From NCBI RefSeq assembly GCF_009914755.1, contig NC_060933.1: a DNA stretch of 64,000 bases, one strand, 5' to 3'. This stretch comes from the human T2T-CHM13v2.0 reference genome, Homo sapiens. Below are positions 14,961 through 32,245 of this stretch, one piece after another. Positions within the stretch are counted from its first letter, which is position 1. The number at the start of each line of letters is the position of its first letter. Below the pieces are notes generated by a model. The model saw only the letters and a program-made list of their open reading frames with translations. It had not been told where the DNA came from and did no database searches. Position numbers and translations under genes: made by a program.

Positions 14961-15372
14961 GATTTTTTGCTCCTTAGTTCAGCTAAAATCTGGGTTCTTG
15001 TCTCATGACCAGGAAAAGTTAGGCACATGGACGCACTGAAGGGTGAGGAGAGCAGAATTTATTAAAATAAAGCTGTCTGTGAAAAAAACGGCATCCTGCC
15101 AGCAAGCTCCCACCTCACAGATAGAATACCAGACCACCACACATGAGCTGAAGCGGCTGGGATCCTCCTGCTGCATAAGGCACAAGTTCCCTGTGGCTCC
15201 ACCCCATTCTCCCAGTGCACAGGCAGACCCTTATTCTGAGTCACTCCACACTGGTTTACTTCTCTTACTGCACATGTGTTAAGGGATGGAATTTTTCACC
15301 TTGGGCATGTTTAGGCAAGCCCCCTGTGCAGAATGACCCCGTGTGGCATTTGGCTGTCTCCTGCCTCTATCA
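14961..15372 (-). repeat. 3' LTR of the provirus
   Basis: Begins TGATAGAGGCAGGAGACAGCCAAATGCC on minus; aligns by eye with 20463-20888. Confidence 0.85.
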
Positions 15373-15685
15373 TTCCCCTCTCTAAATAAGTACATCTAAC
15401 TGCCATTAGAACAAGGATAAGGATAAGGGCAAATACCAATCGTAACTGATTCCTGCTGACAGGGATGCTGTTTTGTGAAAACAGTAGTCAGATCTCCTTC
15501 AGAAGCCTATTTAAGGGTTCCCAGCAAAAGGAGCCACTGTCTGAGACTCCGTTGCATGACTGTTTGGAGTTTGATGGTCTGAAGGCAAGAAGAGATAAAT
15601 TGGGTTATTAGAAAACATGTATCAAAAATCCTAAAGCCTTTTACTAATTTGCATGGAGAGAGGGAGGCCAAAAGCCTGACTGGTA

Positions 15686-15698
15686 AAAACAAACAAAC

Positions 15699-15734
<36 letters not shown>

Positions 15735-15737
15735 AAA
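15686..15737. repeat. (CAAA)n(CAA)n microsatellite
   Basis: Directly visible. Confidence 0.95.
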
Positions 15738-16630
15738 CTTTGCCCTTTTGACAGCATGTTGGGCTTCTGGCCCCGAGCCCAATCCTAAGACAACCAGTTT
15801 AAGGTTTGGGAAATTAACTTTTCCCAGTTTGAAGGATGCATCTGATGGGAGTGTCCTGTAGTACAGAGACACAACTACCTATCTGTGAAGAGAGGAAAGA
15901 GGAGGAAAAAGGAAAAAAGAAGGCATTATTTTCAAAGGCATCACAGTGGTTCAGGATGCATTCAAAAGGGGTACAGACTGAAGATGAATGGCTACTCATC
16001 TAGAAAGGGGGTGGCGGGGCATCCCAGGTTCCCTTCTCTTCCTAGCAAATACCCAAGGTACATGAGGGAGAGAAAGTGAGGCATCCCTCTTTCTTTCTTC
16101 CATCCTTATATCCCTGAGTCCCAGCAACCACAACAGGGTACCACCCATGGGTGTCAAAGCAGCTTTCACCCATGTCAACAAGGGGGCATAGGGGGTGGGA
16201 ATATCCACTCTTACTCATTTATGCCCTATCTCTCCTGCTGTCAGTAGCCTTTGAGTTCCCTAGAACTCATTTTTACCATGGATACTAGCATGACCTTTAT
16301 CCATGAAATGAGAGGCTTGGCTTAATTGGCAGGAATTAGTGATGCTCACCTGCACTGTGCCTTTTAACTTCATTATTGTCTGCCTCTGCATCCCTCAGAT
16401 CCAGTTTTCTTTCCTAGGGCTTCAACTAAAAGCTTGGAATTGAGTTTGGGACCAAAAATCTGTCTTGGGGAGGTTTCTTGGACTCCTTATCATAAGCTGA
16501 ATGCTAAAGTGAAGCTGTGGAATTAAGTCCTCCTCCAACAAGGGACCCAAAAAGGAAACATTTGGGCATCCTATTTATTTCCATCACCCAGGAGGATTTG
16601 CAGGATAATTGCCCAGAACTAGAATATTGA

Positions 16631-16970
<340 letters not shown>

Positions 16971-19900
16971 CCTCCCTTTTGTTCCTTCTGAGCTGTAGAC
17001 AGAGATCGCAGATTGGTTCATAGGAATAAGCAGGGTTAGTCTATAATGTAGGCAAAAACTTAAAAACAACTAAGCAGTCTAGAATTTAATGATAATAAGT
17101 TTTGAAACATAATTTCTCTAGTCATTTTTGTTAAAAAAATCATGATAGGACTGAGTTGCTTGCAAAATAGACTTTAGTCTTATACTTAGCCTGATTATTT
17201 ACATAAAGTGCAGCAAGAATAATTAGTTTTACATATGCCTTTTAGATTGGCTTTGATGGAACTCTGTTCCACAAGGAGTCTCAGATAGGACTTTCTAAAG
17301 CCGAGCCCACCCATGGGTTTGTACCCTCAAACATCTGTGAGTGGGTAAACTCTTTTCTTGAGGTCCCAAGAGCATGGGGTTCTTGGGCCTGTTAGAAAGT
17401 GACATTCTTTACTTACCACAGGTTAGGAACCCAGTATGAAGACTGTGTAGACAAGGTATGAGGCCAGTTTTCCCAAGGGACTTTTATTGGCTCTGCAAGT
17501 TGAGCTTGACTCCTTAAAGGGAAGCATACCTTTTCATCAAAGCCTTGGTAAAACAACCAGTTTCTCCAACTGCATCCTTTTGCAAAAGAAAATGGGTTGT
17601 TATTGCACTGATGCAAGCAACTATATTGCCATAAGTTAAGAATACTCAACTAGTTTCTAAATTCTGCAGAAGCCAGGGAGAGAGAGAGAAAAAAAAATGT
17701 TCCAAATTTTGTTCACAGAAGTATATCTTACTCAATTATTAAAGGCTGTAAATAGCTCAAAATAAATTTCCTTGACTCTGAAAAACAGAACAAGGATCAG
17801 CAATGTTCCAAGCAAAAATCAAAAAATTACTTCAGCTTTCTATTAGTTCAGTCTGTTTAGTTAACTGTTGTTTTGCTTAATATTTATGAACATATCAGCT
17901 CTTCATGAGTCCTGTACATTTTTTTCTCTATTCCAATGTCACAATCTCCAAAGTTATCAGAAACCTGCATTTGAGAGCACTTGTCAAAGTTCTATAGCTG
18001 GTTATAAACCATCTTTTGAAGAGGATCAAAACAATACAATTGTGAATAACAAAATGTCTGGGGTAGTTACAGTCAGAGACATGATTGACAAAGAAAGTTG
18101 GTTATCTGTATGGTTTAAAATAACATAACAACCCTAATTGTGATTGATAGCATATGTTCAGCCATAAGAATTTTAGAAATCCCATACAATTTTGGAACAT
18201 ACATTATTATTCCCTAAAATATAACCTGATGAAGATTAAACATCATTTTGGCAATCCCATGTACCTAAACACGTCAGACAGTCCTGTTTACCTCTCTTCT
18301 GGATGCTCCAGAGGCCCTCTGAAGCATCCAAAAGCTAGGGTTCAGGAAAGACAACCTCGAAGCTAAAATGTAATTTTGGGAAGCCTGTTAAATGTTAGAG
18401 GTTTAAAACACTTGATGTTATGAAATAGAATCCCAGATTACCATAAGTTATTTTGCCAAAATGATAACTCAAAAATTTAAAAAAGCAAAAAGCTTTTATA
18501 ACACTTTTGAATTTAGTCAATGTTCACACACAGAATTTCTTTGGCAAGGTTAATTATTTAGAAACCTTCCACAACTTCTTTGAGCGTTTGGCTTTATCTT
18601 ATCTAATTCAAACCAATCCTTTAACCCTAGGCAAAAATTTATATTTTGACTACATCTGCATTTTACTAATAATCTTTAAGGCTTTTTATTTCTCAGAGAT
18701 TAAAATCTTGTAAACCAAAAGATATCACAGCTTTTATGTTCTCTTTAAAAAATATTTGATTTAAGCATTTATTTTTCTTTCAAGCCAGTTAATTAGAGCT
18801 CTTTTTTGTAGACATCACACACAACACATATATAACTACACAAACTCACAGAAGAAGATCGAAGAGCTATAAGAGTTTTTTTATTTGCTTATCTCCTAAC
18901 TGGACTATTGGCCTCTGGGTGGAGACCTGTAAGAGCAAATCTAGGAAAGCATGCACTCTCTAGGGCCTGCTAAACAGGTATAGCTGAAACACAAAAACAG
19001 ATTTTGAGAGGGATCCATCTGCCTCCAATTCGTGGGACTCCCTGAGGAAAACAGAGGTCTCTCTCAAAATGGAATCTGTGGTGGCTTTTCTGTTTTTTTT
19101 CAAGGAGTCCCAAGCCATCAGAAATTATCTTAGGGCCCCTTATGCTTGCATTTAGAGTGACAAGATGAAATGGAGAAAAATAATTCAGTTGACTGAGAAA
19201 AAAATCCTTCTTCCAGCAAAACAAGATCCAAGAAGGGAAAACATAAAGGCCTTTTAAATATACCTATAACTTGGATATCCACTTTTAATTAAGCTGAACA
19301 CTCTTTAAGAAAATTCTTTTAAATCCCTTGTTACATGACTTTAGCTGCACCAAGCAGCCAGTATTTCTGGCTTTCAAACTTTACTGAAGGTAACCACCCA
19401 GGTACTCAGAGAAAGGAAAATTCAAGGCAGTTCATGGAGTAGAAGAGAATAAACAAATGGCAAAGGTCACACAGATATCAAACCACAAAGGACTCATTCC
19501 CTAAGCCAGGATTGAACCCAGGCCACCATTGTAAAATAGTGGAGGCTAAAACAAAGCATTGCCACATGGTTCTCCCAAGGACGTAAAACAAGATAGAAGC
19601 TTGCAGCAAAGTTTGCTACTGACCAGTTAGCCAGGCTGGCTTGAACAGTGGGTCTATGGAGTCCTAGGCCCACATCCCATCCTTAGATACCCCTCTTTCT
19701 GACAGAACCATACTAAAGCCATCCAAAGCATCGCCAGATTGGCTACAGCTTAAGACCAATCTCACAAATCCATTTTTGTAAGTAAAACTTTACAAAGAAT
19801 GTAAACAGTGATAGTTGGGTTCCTGGCCTAGTAAAACGTCCTTGAAAAGGAAAGAATAGCCTCTTGCATAAAAGTTAGCTCCTGACCTAATGGAGAAAAG

Positions 19901-20462
19901 GAAAAGAAAAACAGCTTAAATGCAGGGCTAGAAAGATACCTTGGGGAAGAACCTCTTATTCTTATGCAAATGGGTTTTTCCAACAGGGAGAGAAACTTTT
20001 AATTGCCATTGGATGGAGATGGACTCCTCGGCTGGAGGAGGGGAAGGCACCATGCATGCGTGGCAGGGAATGCTGGCCAGCCAGCCAAGCGGGGACTTGG
20101 GCCATGCGCCATAGCCCCAGGTAGGAGGGTAGGGGGGTGGGAGTCACCACTCGCCTGTCTATCCAGTGTGCGTGACTGCAGCCACTGGGGTGGGGTTAGA
20201 ACACCCCCAATATTGTAAAGGAAAAAATAGATGCCATACAGTCCCAACAGGAAAGATAGAAAATGCCACAGAAAAGACTGGGTTGGATTGAGGCCGACAT
20301 TCCTGAATCCGAAGAGTGACAGTAGGGGGTTGGTGGGGTGGGGTGCAGTTTCCTCTACCCTCAGAAGAAGTCTGAGGACAGGAAGGCTCAGAAACGAGGG
20401 ATAAAGATTTTTTGGTCTGCATTTTACTCACCTTTCCTCGTTCCCCAAACAGGCTACCAAAA

Positions 20463-20888
20463 TGATGCAGGATTTTTTTTTTTTGCTTCTCAGCTCAGCT
20501 AAAATCTGAGTTCCTGTCTCATGACCAGGAAAAATTAGGCACACAGACAAATTGAAAGTTGAGGAGAGTAGAATTTATTAAAAGAAAGCTCTCAGCAAAG
20601 AAAGGGGGTCCTGCCAACAGGCTCTCACCTCACATATTGAATATCAGACCACCACACAGGAGCTGAAGAGGACAGGCTTCTCCCTGCATAAAGAGTGAAT
20701 TCCTGGTGTCTCCACCCTGTTCTCCCAGTGTACATACAGGTGGGTCCTTAGTCTGAGCCATTCCACATTGATTTATTTCCCTTACTGCATATGTGTTAGG
20801 AAATGAAATTTTTCACCTTGGGTATGTTTAAGCAAGCCTCCTGTGCACAGTGCCCTGGTTGGCATTTGGCTGTCTCCCGTCTCTCTCG
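20463..20888 (-). repeat. 5' LTR of the provirus
   Basis: Ends ...AAAATCCTGCATCA on minus; homologous to the 3' LTR. Confidence 0.85.
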
Positions 20889-21257
20889 CAAGCACACACG
20901 ATGACTTGAGATGATGCATATATTCAAGGAATGGATATTATAAAAATAAAAATTATTAATCTGGGCCATGTTCACACTTCTGTTGCTCTTTATTTCCTTG
21001 ACTGGGGGGAGTTTTCTTAATTTTATTTCAGCCATTATGGCCTTTCATGCATTTCAATTTTGAGCCTAATACTTTTAATGAGTGTTCTATCTTGGTTAAT
21101 ATTTTCACAGAATGCTGTTTTCAGTAAATTTTACATAATGCAGCTTATCAGCTAATGTTTCAAAATATAACATTTTTGTTATATTGCTATCATTGAGTGG
21201 GTACCACTCAAGAATTTTAAACAGGAGATAAATTTACTGCTATTTATTTTCTCTGTC

Positions 21258-21555
21258 TTTTTTTTTTTTTTTTTTTTGAGACGAAGTCTTGCTCTGTTGC
21301 TAGGCTGGAGTGCAGTGGCACGATCTTGACTCACTGAAATCTCTGACTCCCTGGGTCAAGTGATTCTCCTGCCTCAGTCTCCCAAGCAGCTGGGATTACA
21401 GGCACCTGCCACCACACCCAGCTAATTTTTGTATTTTTAGTAGAGACGGGGTTTCACCATGTTAGCCAGGATGGTCTCTATTTCTTGACCTCATGATCTG
21501 CCCACCTTGGCTTCCCAAAGTGCTGGGATTACAGGCATTAGCCACTGCACCTGGC
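21258..21555 (-). mobile_element. AluS
   Basis: Full dimer after poly-T. Confidence 0.95.
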
Positions 21556-22295
21556 CTCTTTTAGACAGCACTAGTTTACAGATCAAGATCTATTCTCAAA
21601 TATCTAACTATATGTTTATATATTTATACTGTTTGTGTATTTATATTTTCAAGTAGTTTTTCCAGGAATATTGAAGCAGAGAGAAATAATTATGTAATGA
21701 ATCTCTGAGGTTCAGTTGAAAAACAAAAGTAAGAGAAAGCATCTTTATGATTTTAAAAAATGATCTTTATCTCAAGAGCAAGTGAATGAGACTGTAGTCA
21801 TGAATAAAATGTAAAATTTCAAAAAGATTTATAAATAAAATAAATGTTGGAATTTGGAATTCTAAGGGATGGAAAGAATAACAAATAATGAAAATAAAAA
21901 TTTCAATAAAATGTCAACAAATGGGAAGTAATAGATAGTATTAGGTAAAAAGAATTTCAAGGAACATTTAGAAAATCACACACATACACAAATATATGAG
22001 GTTGCATAGGAGACATTCAGGGGTACTGCTAGTTGAATCAAAATTTTAAAACCTTGAAAAATGAGACATGTATAAGAATTATACCAAAGCAGGATGACTT
22101 GAAGGACTTAAACTCAGAAAGTCAAAATTAGAAGGTAGCTGCAACTAATAACTGACAAGATGTCAAGGTATGGAGTAATTAACCTCTAGAGATATCTTCC
22201 AATTCAACCAATAGCTATTTTTTTTAAATACTATAAAGGTCCTTGTTCACTGAATGTCGTGTGTTATTATGAATAAATCTGACACAGTTCTGTAG

Positions 22296-22610
<315 letters not shown>

Positions 22611-22849
22611 TAAGAGGTTTTTTTTAAACACTCTTCAAAATACAGTCGACAGGCTTCTTCTTAAAAATAAAATAGATTATAGATGTATTCTTTAAGGAAG
22701 CAGGAGAGATCTAGTGCTTATTTCCACAACTGCATTCCTGCTATGTCTACTCTCTTTTGAAAGAATGTGTGCAGTGAGTTAGATTTTGTGCTAGAAATGC
22801 CAAAGGTGAAAAATAGAAAAATATTATACAAGTTAAGGATTATATGTAT

Positions 22850-23150
22850 ATATTCATTTCTTCAACAATGATTTATTAAATAACTATTTCTTCCAGGCAC
22901 TGTTCTAGGCATTGAAGATACAGAAGTAACCTAAATGGATATTAACTTTTCTCATGGTGTTCCGGTGTGGGAAGACAGACAATAATAATACAAAAGAGTG
23001 AATATGTGTCAGAGTGTGAAGAGAGTTTTGGAGAAAAAAGACAGAGTTGGTAGATAGTACTGGGGTTGCTATTTTAGACAGGATGATCAGGAAAAATCTC
23101 TTTAATTTGGTGAAAATTAAGCAAACACCAAAATGCAATGAGGTGGCTAT
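22850..23150 (-). mobile_element. L2 3' relic
   Basis: ttcatttcttcaacaatgatttatt...ccaggcactgttctaggcattgaagataca. Confidence 0.65.
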
Positions 23151-23528
23151 GTTGGGGAAAATGTAAATTACAATTTATAAAATGCATTACAAAGTGTATT
23201 ATTTTATTTGAGTTCTACAACAACTGTAGGAAGCTAGATATATATTATTATCATTCTTAATCTTGTGGAAACTACAGTTAAGAGAGGGCAAGGGAGTTGA
23301 AGTTACCTGCCTAGTAGAGAGGGGTGTTATATTTAATCCAAGTCAAATATTACTAGTTCAGCAACAGGTCTTGACAAAATTGCTTACTTTCTCTAAGCCT
23401 CAGTCACCTAATTATTAAGATGGGGATAATAGTAATAGTGACCCCATAGAGTTGTGACAATTGTAAGATGATCTGTATAAATCAATTTAGTGTTTGGCAT
23501 AGGCGTCTGACAAGCCTTGACTCTAGAT

Positions 23529-23837
23529 CAGGGGTCAGCAAACTATTGCCCTCAGGCCATAGCCGGTCTGCTGTCTGTTTTTGTAAAACATGCGAGCTAA
23601 GAATGGTTTTTACATTTTAAATGGTTGGAAAAACCAAAAGAACATTATGTGGACTTCAAATATCATTGTCCATAAATAAAGTTTTATTGGAACACAGTCA
23701 TTCTCATTCATTTATGTTTGTCTAAAGCTGTTTTATGCTACAACAGCAAAATTGAGGAGTTATAACAGAGACCATATAGCTGGCAAAGCTGAAAATTTGC
23801 TAACTGACCCTTTACAGAAAAATTTTACTGATCCCTA
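23529..23837 (+). mobile_element. MER58 (hAT-Charlie non-autonomous DNA transposon)
   Basis: TIRs CAGGGGTCAGCAAAC / TTTACTGATCCCTA; 8-bp TSD CTCTAGAT / CTCTGGAT. Confidence 0.85.
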
Positions 23838-23884
23838 CTCTGGATAGAAGTGCTCAACTTTGCTGCCCAAGCTATGTGTTGTTT

Positions 23885-24702
23885 CTTTTTATTTCATTTA
23901 TTTTTATATTATTTTATTTTTAATAAGCATATAATAATTTTACATATTTTGGGGGTACCTAGTTATGTTGTGATATGTACCACGCACAGTGATCAGATCA
24001 GGGTAACTGGCGTATCCATCATCTCAAACATTTATTGTTTCTTTGTGTTGGGATAATTCAATATCCTCCTTCTAGCTATTTAAAACTATATATTATTGTT
24101 AACTATAATTGTCCTATAGTGCTATAGAACACTATAAATTATTCCTCCTACTTGTCTGTAAATTTGTATTCTTCAACAAATCTCTTCCTATCCCCAACTC
24201 CCACCACCCTTCCCAGCCTCTAGTATCCTTTGTTCTACTTTTTACCCCTTTGAGATCAACATTTTTTTTTAGCTCCCACATGTGAATGAGAACATATAGT
24301 GTTTAAATTTCTGTTCCTGGCTTATTTTACTTAACAAAATGCCTCCCAGTACCATACAAGTTGCCACAAATGACAGGATTTCATTCTTTTTTATGGCTAA
24401 ATAGAATTCCATTGTGTTTATATACCACCTTTTCTTTGTCCATTCATCTGTGGTTGGACACCTACCTCAAGGCTGATTCCATATCTTGATTATTGTGAAT
24501 AGTGCTGGAATAAACATGGGAGTGTGTATATCTCTTGGATATACTGATCTCCTTTCTTTCGGATAAATGCCCAGTAGTGGGATTGTTAGATCATATGGTA
24601 GTTCAACTTGTAGTTTCTTAAGAAACCTCCATATGTTTCTTCATAGTGGTTGTACTAGTTTACATCACATCAACAGTGTATAAGAGTTCCCTTTTCTTTG
24701 CA
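23885..24702 (-). mobile_element. L1MA 3' end
   Basis: T-rich tail, then L1MA 3'UTR/ORF2 end motifs (gacaggatttcattctttttt, cccagtagtgggattg). Confidence 0.85.
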
Positions 24703-25158
24703 TATGTCTTGCCCTTTCAAGTCTGCAAAGAGGTCTGCCTATACCACCTAATCTAAAGTGGTTCCTTCCATCCCAATCTCACCTCTTAATTTCTTTCCAT
24801 TGCTATGTTTTATTTTCATCAATGCACTCACTAGTGTCTGAAATTATCCTATTTATTTTGTGCTTGTTTATCAGTTTCCTTCCCACTTGATGAAATGCTC
24901 TGCTTGTGTAAAAAATCCATCTGACATCTTGTCAGTTAGAGTTTTAGGATATATTTATGTTTTGCCTATATGTCTTTGGTCTTATTTCTCAGTTTCCTAT
25001 GAACTCTGAATGGTAAAGAGGTGTTGTTGATAGATTCTGCTCAAAATCTCTAGAAACATGTATAGATTGTTTCTTTTGAAGAATGGGACTATACTCTAGA
25101 TCTTATTTGACTTTATTTTCTCTCTTTATTTTACCTTGTTTGTACATATAACTCCCTA

Positions 25159-25375
25159 TTTTTTTTTTTTTTTTTTTGACACAGAATCTCACTCTGTCAC
25201 TCAGGCTGGAGTGCAGAGGCACAATCACAATTCACTATAGCCTCTACCTCCTGGCTCAAGTGATCCTCCCACGTTAGCCTCTCCAGTAGCTAGGATTACA
25301 GGTATGTGCCACTGTTCCCCACTAATTTTTGTATTTTTTGTAGAGACAGGGTTTCACCATGTTACGCAGGCTGGA
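25159..25375 (-). mobile_element. AluJ, 5'-truncated
   Basis: Poly-T, right arm and partial left arm; TSD aactccctatt / aacttcctatt. Confidence 0.9.
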
Positions 25376-27771
25376 ACTTCCTATTATTTTAATAACTCCA
25401 ATATATAGATAAAATTAGTTTAACTATTATCATTTGGATGGAAATTTGTAATAATTTATTATTACAAACAGTGATACAATGAGTATTTTGTTATTTTGTT
25501 CATTTGTGCAAGTATTTCTGCAGAATAGTATTATATGTAAATATTATCTCAAGAAATATGCCTATTTTAAAGTTTATAGATATTGAAAAATTGCTTTCTA
25601 AAGAGCTGTATGAATTTTTATGCTCCTTAACAGCACCTCTTCCCCATATCTTAACTAACACTGGATATTGTAAAGATTTTTCATTTCAGGCCAATCTGGT
25701 ATGTAAAATGTGATACTGCATTACTATTTTAATTTTTTCATTGAATATATATGACTGGACATATTTGCTTAGGTGTGGTGGTCATTTGTATTCCTTTTTC
25801 TGTAAATTACCATTCATATCATTACTCCTCAAAAATGTTGAATTGTCCTTTGTTAAAATTGATTTTTATGAGTTCTTTAAAAAATTTTGACATTATTTCT
25901 TTTTAATCTCATGTATGTTTTAAATATTTCCCATTTGTCTATTAATTATCTTTGAGTTTTGCTTCTGGTGTCTTGTAGCCAAATCTATCAGCTTTTTCTT
26001 TGTGGCTGTTAGATTTTAAGCCTTGAAGAACTTCTTCACTCAAAAATTATAAAAATATTTCTCTATATTTTCTTCTAGTAATTTTATAAATTTTTAATGT
26101 TCAGCTCTTTCATCTATCCAATTTTGCCTAATGTAATTGATCTAAATTAAATTTTCCCTTAATAGTTATCTGCCGCAATATTATTTACTGAGTTGCCATT
26201 TTTTAAAAACTACTTATTTGAAATGTTAACATCTAAAAACATATGCAGTTATTCCTTGATTATATTTTTTTAAGTAAAAAAATTAAAATTAAAGAACGGA
26301 ATAAATACAAAAGTACACAAATTGTGAACAAAAACTTGATTAATTTACAAAGCAAACACACCATGTAACTATCAGCTATGTCAAGGAATGAAATTATTAC
26401 TATCTCAGAAAACTGTATTCTGTAGGTAGTCCATTGTATCTTCAAATATTGATAATTCTGTCTTTTAGAAATATATTTTAATTTTGCTCCTACTATGTTA
26501 GGAAGGTCTCCAGAAATATACAAGGACCTCTTTCTCTTGTTCCTGCTTTAAATGGGGAATGCTTTTGATCTTTTATTATTAAACATGAGATTTCCTGTAG
26601 GTTCTTGGTAGATTCTCCCCAATAAAGTACAGAAAAATGTTTTTGTATTCCAAATTTATAAAGATAAAAAAACATGCATAGGAGCTGAATTTTTGTAAGG
26701 CAACAATCAGAATTGCCTGAAGGTGACCTTATAGGCTCAGGCTGGCTTGCTTGAACATCAGGCTAGCTGGGACAACAACATTTCTCCTACAACAGTAGGA
26801 GAAAATTCACTGAAATTCAGCTTTCACCCTCTCTCTGCCCCACCTTTGAAGGAGAAACTAAAACATCTCACCTCACTAATATCTTTACTAAGACAGGTAG
26901 CTGACCTACTCAGGCAATTCCTCTAAACTGCTTTTGCTCCGAATCCAGAAAACCGGATGCTAGGCAGCCTGAGTGCTCTCCCCACCCACAAGATTGACTC
27001 TCATGATTGAATTATCAGGAGGAGAGATGAGGGTGTGGAGGTGATAGTAGAGGCTGGCAGTAGACCTCTGGGTCTACTGGGTTAGCAATGCTCTGGCTTG
27101 GTTTGTCTTCCTGTGTCATGTTGAAAGGATTAGGGGTTACCACTTACGCCGTCTCTTCATTTCTGGTTCCTGGCATTTATAAATTCTCCCTTTCCCAAAA
27201 AGTGTATTCTTCAATAGGTGTAACATTGTAGAATTCATCTGATACTTTGTGCGTAGAGATGGTACTCACTCAGGTTAGAGCCACCAGCTGGGGAAATTAC
27301 ATGAATAGCATCTGTCATGATTATCACATTTTAAAGCCAATTTGTTAATGAATTGCATTATATTAATAGATATATTACTGCTTAACTTTTCTTTCTTGTG
27401 ATAAACACTAACATGATTTAATGCTAGTCTGATTCACCAGTATTTATTTATCATTATAAAAATCTCTATTAATGAGTAGGAGGACTTTATAGTTTTTTTT
27501 GTAAATAATTTTGACACAATTTTGGGGAGGCTTTTCATCTTTATTTCTGTGCTCCGAATAAATTTAAATAACAAGGAGTTATCTGTTCTTTTTGAATTTA
27601 GCAAAACTGACTAGTAAAACTGGGCATGTGCATTTTGTAGAGAGGGTAGATATTGATATGCTTTCAATATGTTTTTTCACTACTGTCTAATTTAGGCTTC
27701 CTATTTTTAAACTCAAAATTAGTAGTTTAAGCTTTCCTGGGAAATTTTCTATAATTATCCACTTCATCTAA

Positions 27772-28088
<317 letters not shown>

Positions 28089-29605
28089 TAGAATAAATTT
28101 TTATGTTATTGTCTTTAACTTTAAAAAATATGACCCAATATTCCCTTTCTTGTTCTGAATTTATTATTAATAGCTTTTGTATAAAAAGACTTTCCAAAGT
28201 TTCTGTTTCTAAAGAACTAGTTTAGGAATTTGTTTTTATAGGCATGCTTTATTTTGTTGAATTTCGTAGATGTTGCGTTTTTTATACAGTGAAGGATTGA
28301 GGCACTTCTGCATCTAGCAGGTCTATTGGCATCATTTCTGCAACAGCGTGTACTCACTTGTGTCTCTGTGTCACATTTGGTATGCTATGGTGATCTGTGA
28401 TCAGTGATCTTTGATGTTATTGCAATTATTTTGGGGTGCCATGAACCATTCCCATGTAGTATGGTGAACTTAATTAATAAATGTGTGTGTTCTGACTGCT
28501 CCACTAACTGGCTGTTTCTCTGTTTCTCTTCCTCCCCTTGGGCCTTTCTATTCCTTGAGACACAATAATATTGAAATTAGACCAATTAATAACCCTGCAA
28601 TGGCCTCTCGGTGTTCAAGAGAAAGGAAGAGTTATACATCTCTCCCTTGATATTGAAAGCTGGAAATAATGAACCTTGGTGAGGAAGGCATGTTAAATGG
28701 CTGAGATAGGCTGAAAGCTAGGTCACTCATGCCAAAGAGTTAGCTAAGTTGTAAATGCAAAGGAAAATTCTTAGATGAAAATTAAAAGTGCTAGTCTAAT
28801 GAACAGATGAATGATAAGAAAGTGAAACAACCTTGTTGCTAATATGGAGAAAGTTTTAGTGGTCTGGATAGAAGATCAAATCAGCACAGCATTCACTTAA
28901 GCCAAAGTCTAATCCAGAGCAGGAACCTAAGTCTCTTCAATTCTGTGAAGACTGAGAGGGTAAGGAAGCTGTAGAGGAAAAGTTTGAAGTTAGCAGAGGT
29001 TGGCTCATGAGGTTTAAGGAAAGAAGCCATGTCCATAACATAAAAGTGCAAGGAGAAACAGCAAGTGCTTTTTTGTAGAAGCTGCCATAAGTTATCCAGA
29101 AGATTTAGCTAAGATCATTGATGAAGGTGGCTGCATACACTAAACAACAGAATTTCAAAGTAGACGAAACAGCCTTCTATTGGAAGAAGATGCTATCCAG
29201 CACTTTGATAGCTAGAGAGGAGAAGTCAATGTGTGGCTTCAAAGCTTCAAAGGATAGGCTGACTCTCTTGTTAGGGGATAATGTAGCTGGTGACATCAAG
29301 TTGAAGCCATTGCTAACTGACCATTCTGAAAATCCTAAAGCCCTTAAGAATTATGCTAAATCTACTCTACTGTGCCCTATAAATGGAACAACAAAGCCTG
29401 GATGACAGCACATCTGTTTACCATGACTTGTTTATTTAATAAAGTCCACTGTTGAGACCTAATGCTCAGAAAATAGGATTCCTTTTAAAGTATTACTGCT
29501 CATTTGAATGTGCTTGGTCACCCAAGTACTCTGATGAAAATGTGTAAGGAGACTGATGTTTTCCTACCTGATAACACAACATCCATTTTGCAGCCCGTGA
29601 ATTAA

Positions 29606-31177
<1,572 letters not shown>

Positions 31178-32245
31178 AAGAACACTAGTGATTCATGGGA
31201 AGAGGTAAAAATATGCACATTAATAGGAGTTTGGAACAGGTTGATTCCAGCTCTCATGGATACCTTTGAGGGGCTCAATGCTTCAGTGGAGGAAGTAAAT
31301 GCAGATGTTCTGGAAATAACAAGAGAACTAGAGTTCAATGTTGAAGCCTGGAGATGTGACTGTGACTGAATTGCTACAATTTCATTATAAAGTTTGCATG
31401 AATGAGGAGTTGCTTCTTATGGATGACCAAATAAAGTAGTTTCTTGTGATGGAATCTGAAGCTGGTGAAGATACTATGAACATTGTTGAAATGATGACAA
31501 AGAGCTTAGAAGGTTACCTAACTTATTTGATAATTCATTGGCAGTGTTTAAGAGAATTGACTACAAATTTGAAAAAAGTTATATGAGTGAAATGCTATCA
31601 AACAGCATCGCAGGCTTCTTGTATTAAATGCTTGGTTTATTTATTTTCAACTCTTTCTTTTCAGTTAATACCTGTATTTAAGTTGATTTTTTTGCTAAGT
31701 GCTTCTTTGCTCATCACATAGACTTTGTCAGTAATTCCTTAATAATTCTAATTTCCTTTTTGATTTCCTCTTTAATGTAAGTAATTTAGGAGGGTATTTT
31801 TAATCTTTAAAGAGACAGATTTTCATTTGATGTATTGAGTAACTTGTTATTTGATTTATAATATGATTCTATTTTTCTCCCAAGTCAGTACATTAAGTTC
31901 TGCCTCGTTTTCTTAAAAGTTGCATTGCATTAAGTTTTATAGATGTATCGTAATTTATTAAACCAGTATCATATAGGTAGAGATTTAGAGCCTTTAGAAT
32001 TTTAGCTTGTACAAAGAGTGCTACAAAATATTTTTATCAACGCTTATGTGCAGGTATTTCTTCAGGAAAGCACCCTAGAATTGAAATCATAGGGTCAAAA
32101 ACTTATGTATATTTTACATTAGACAGATACCACTCAATTGGGTTTCAAAGACTTTTACATATGTACCAACAACAATACTGTTTCCTTTCATCCTCATCAT
32201 AAGTAGGTGTGGTCAAACTTCTAATTTTCTTTGTGCCAATCAAAT

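Noticed and set aside
15507-15872. Poly-Leu / poly-Asn ORFs
   Set aside because: Produced by the (CAA)n microsatellite inside the decayed ERV.
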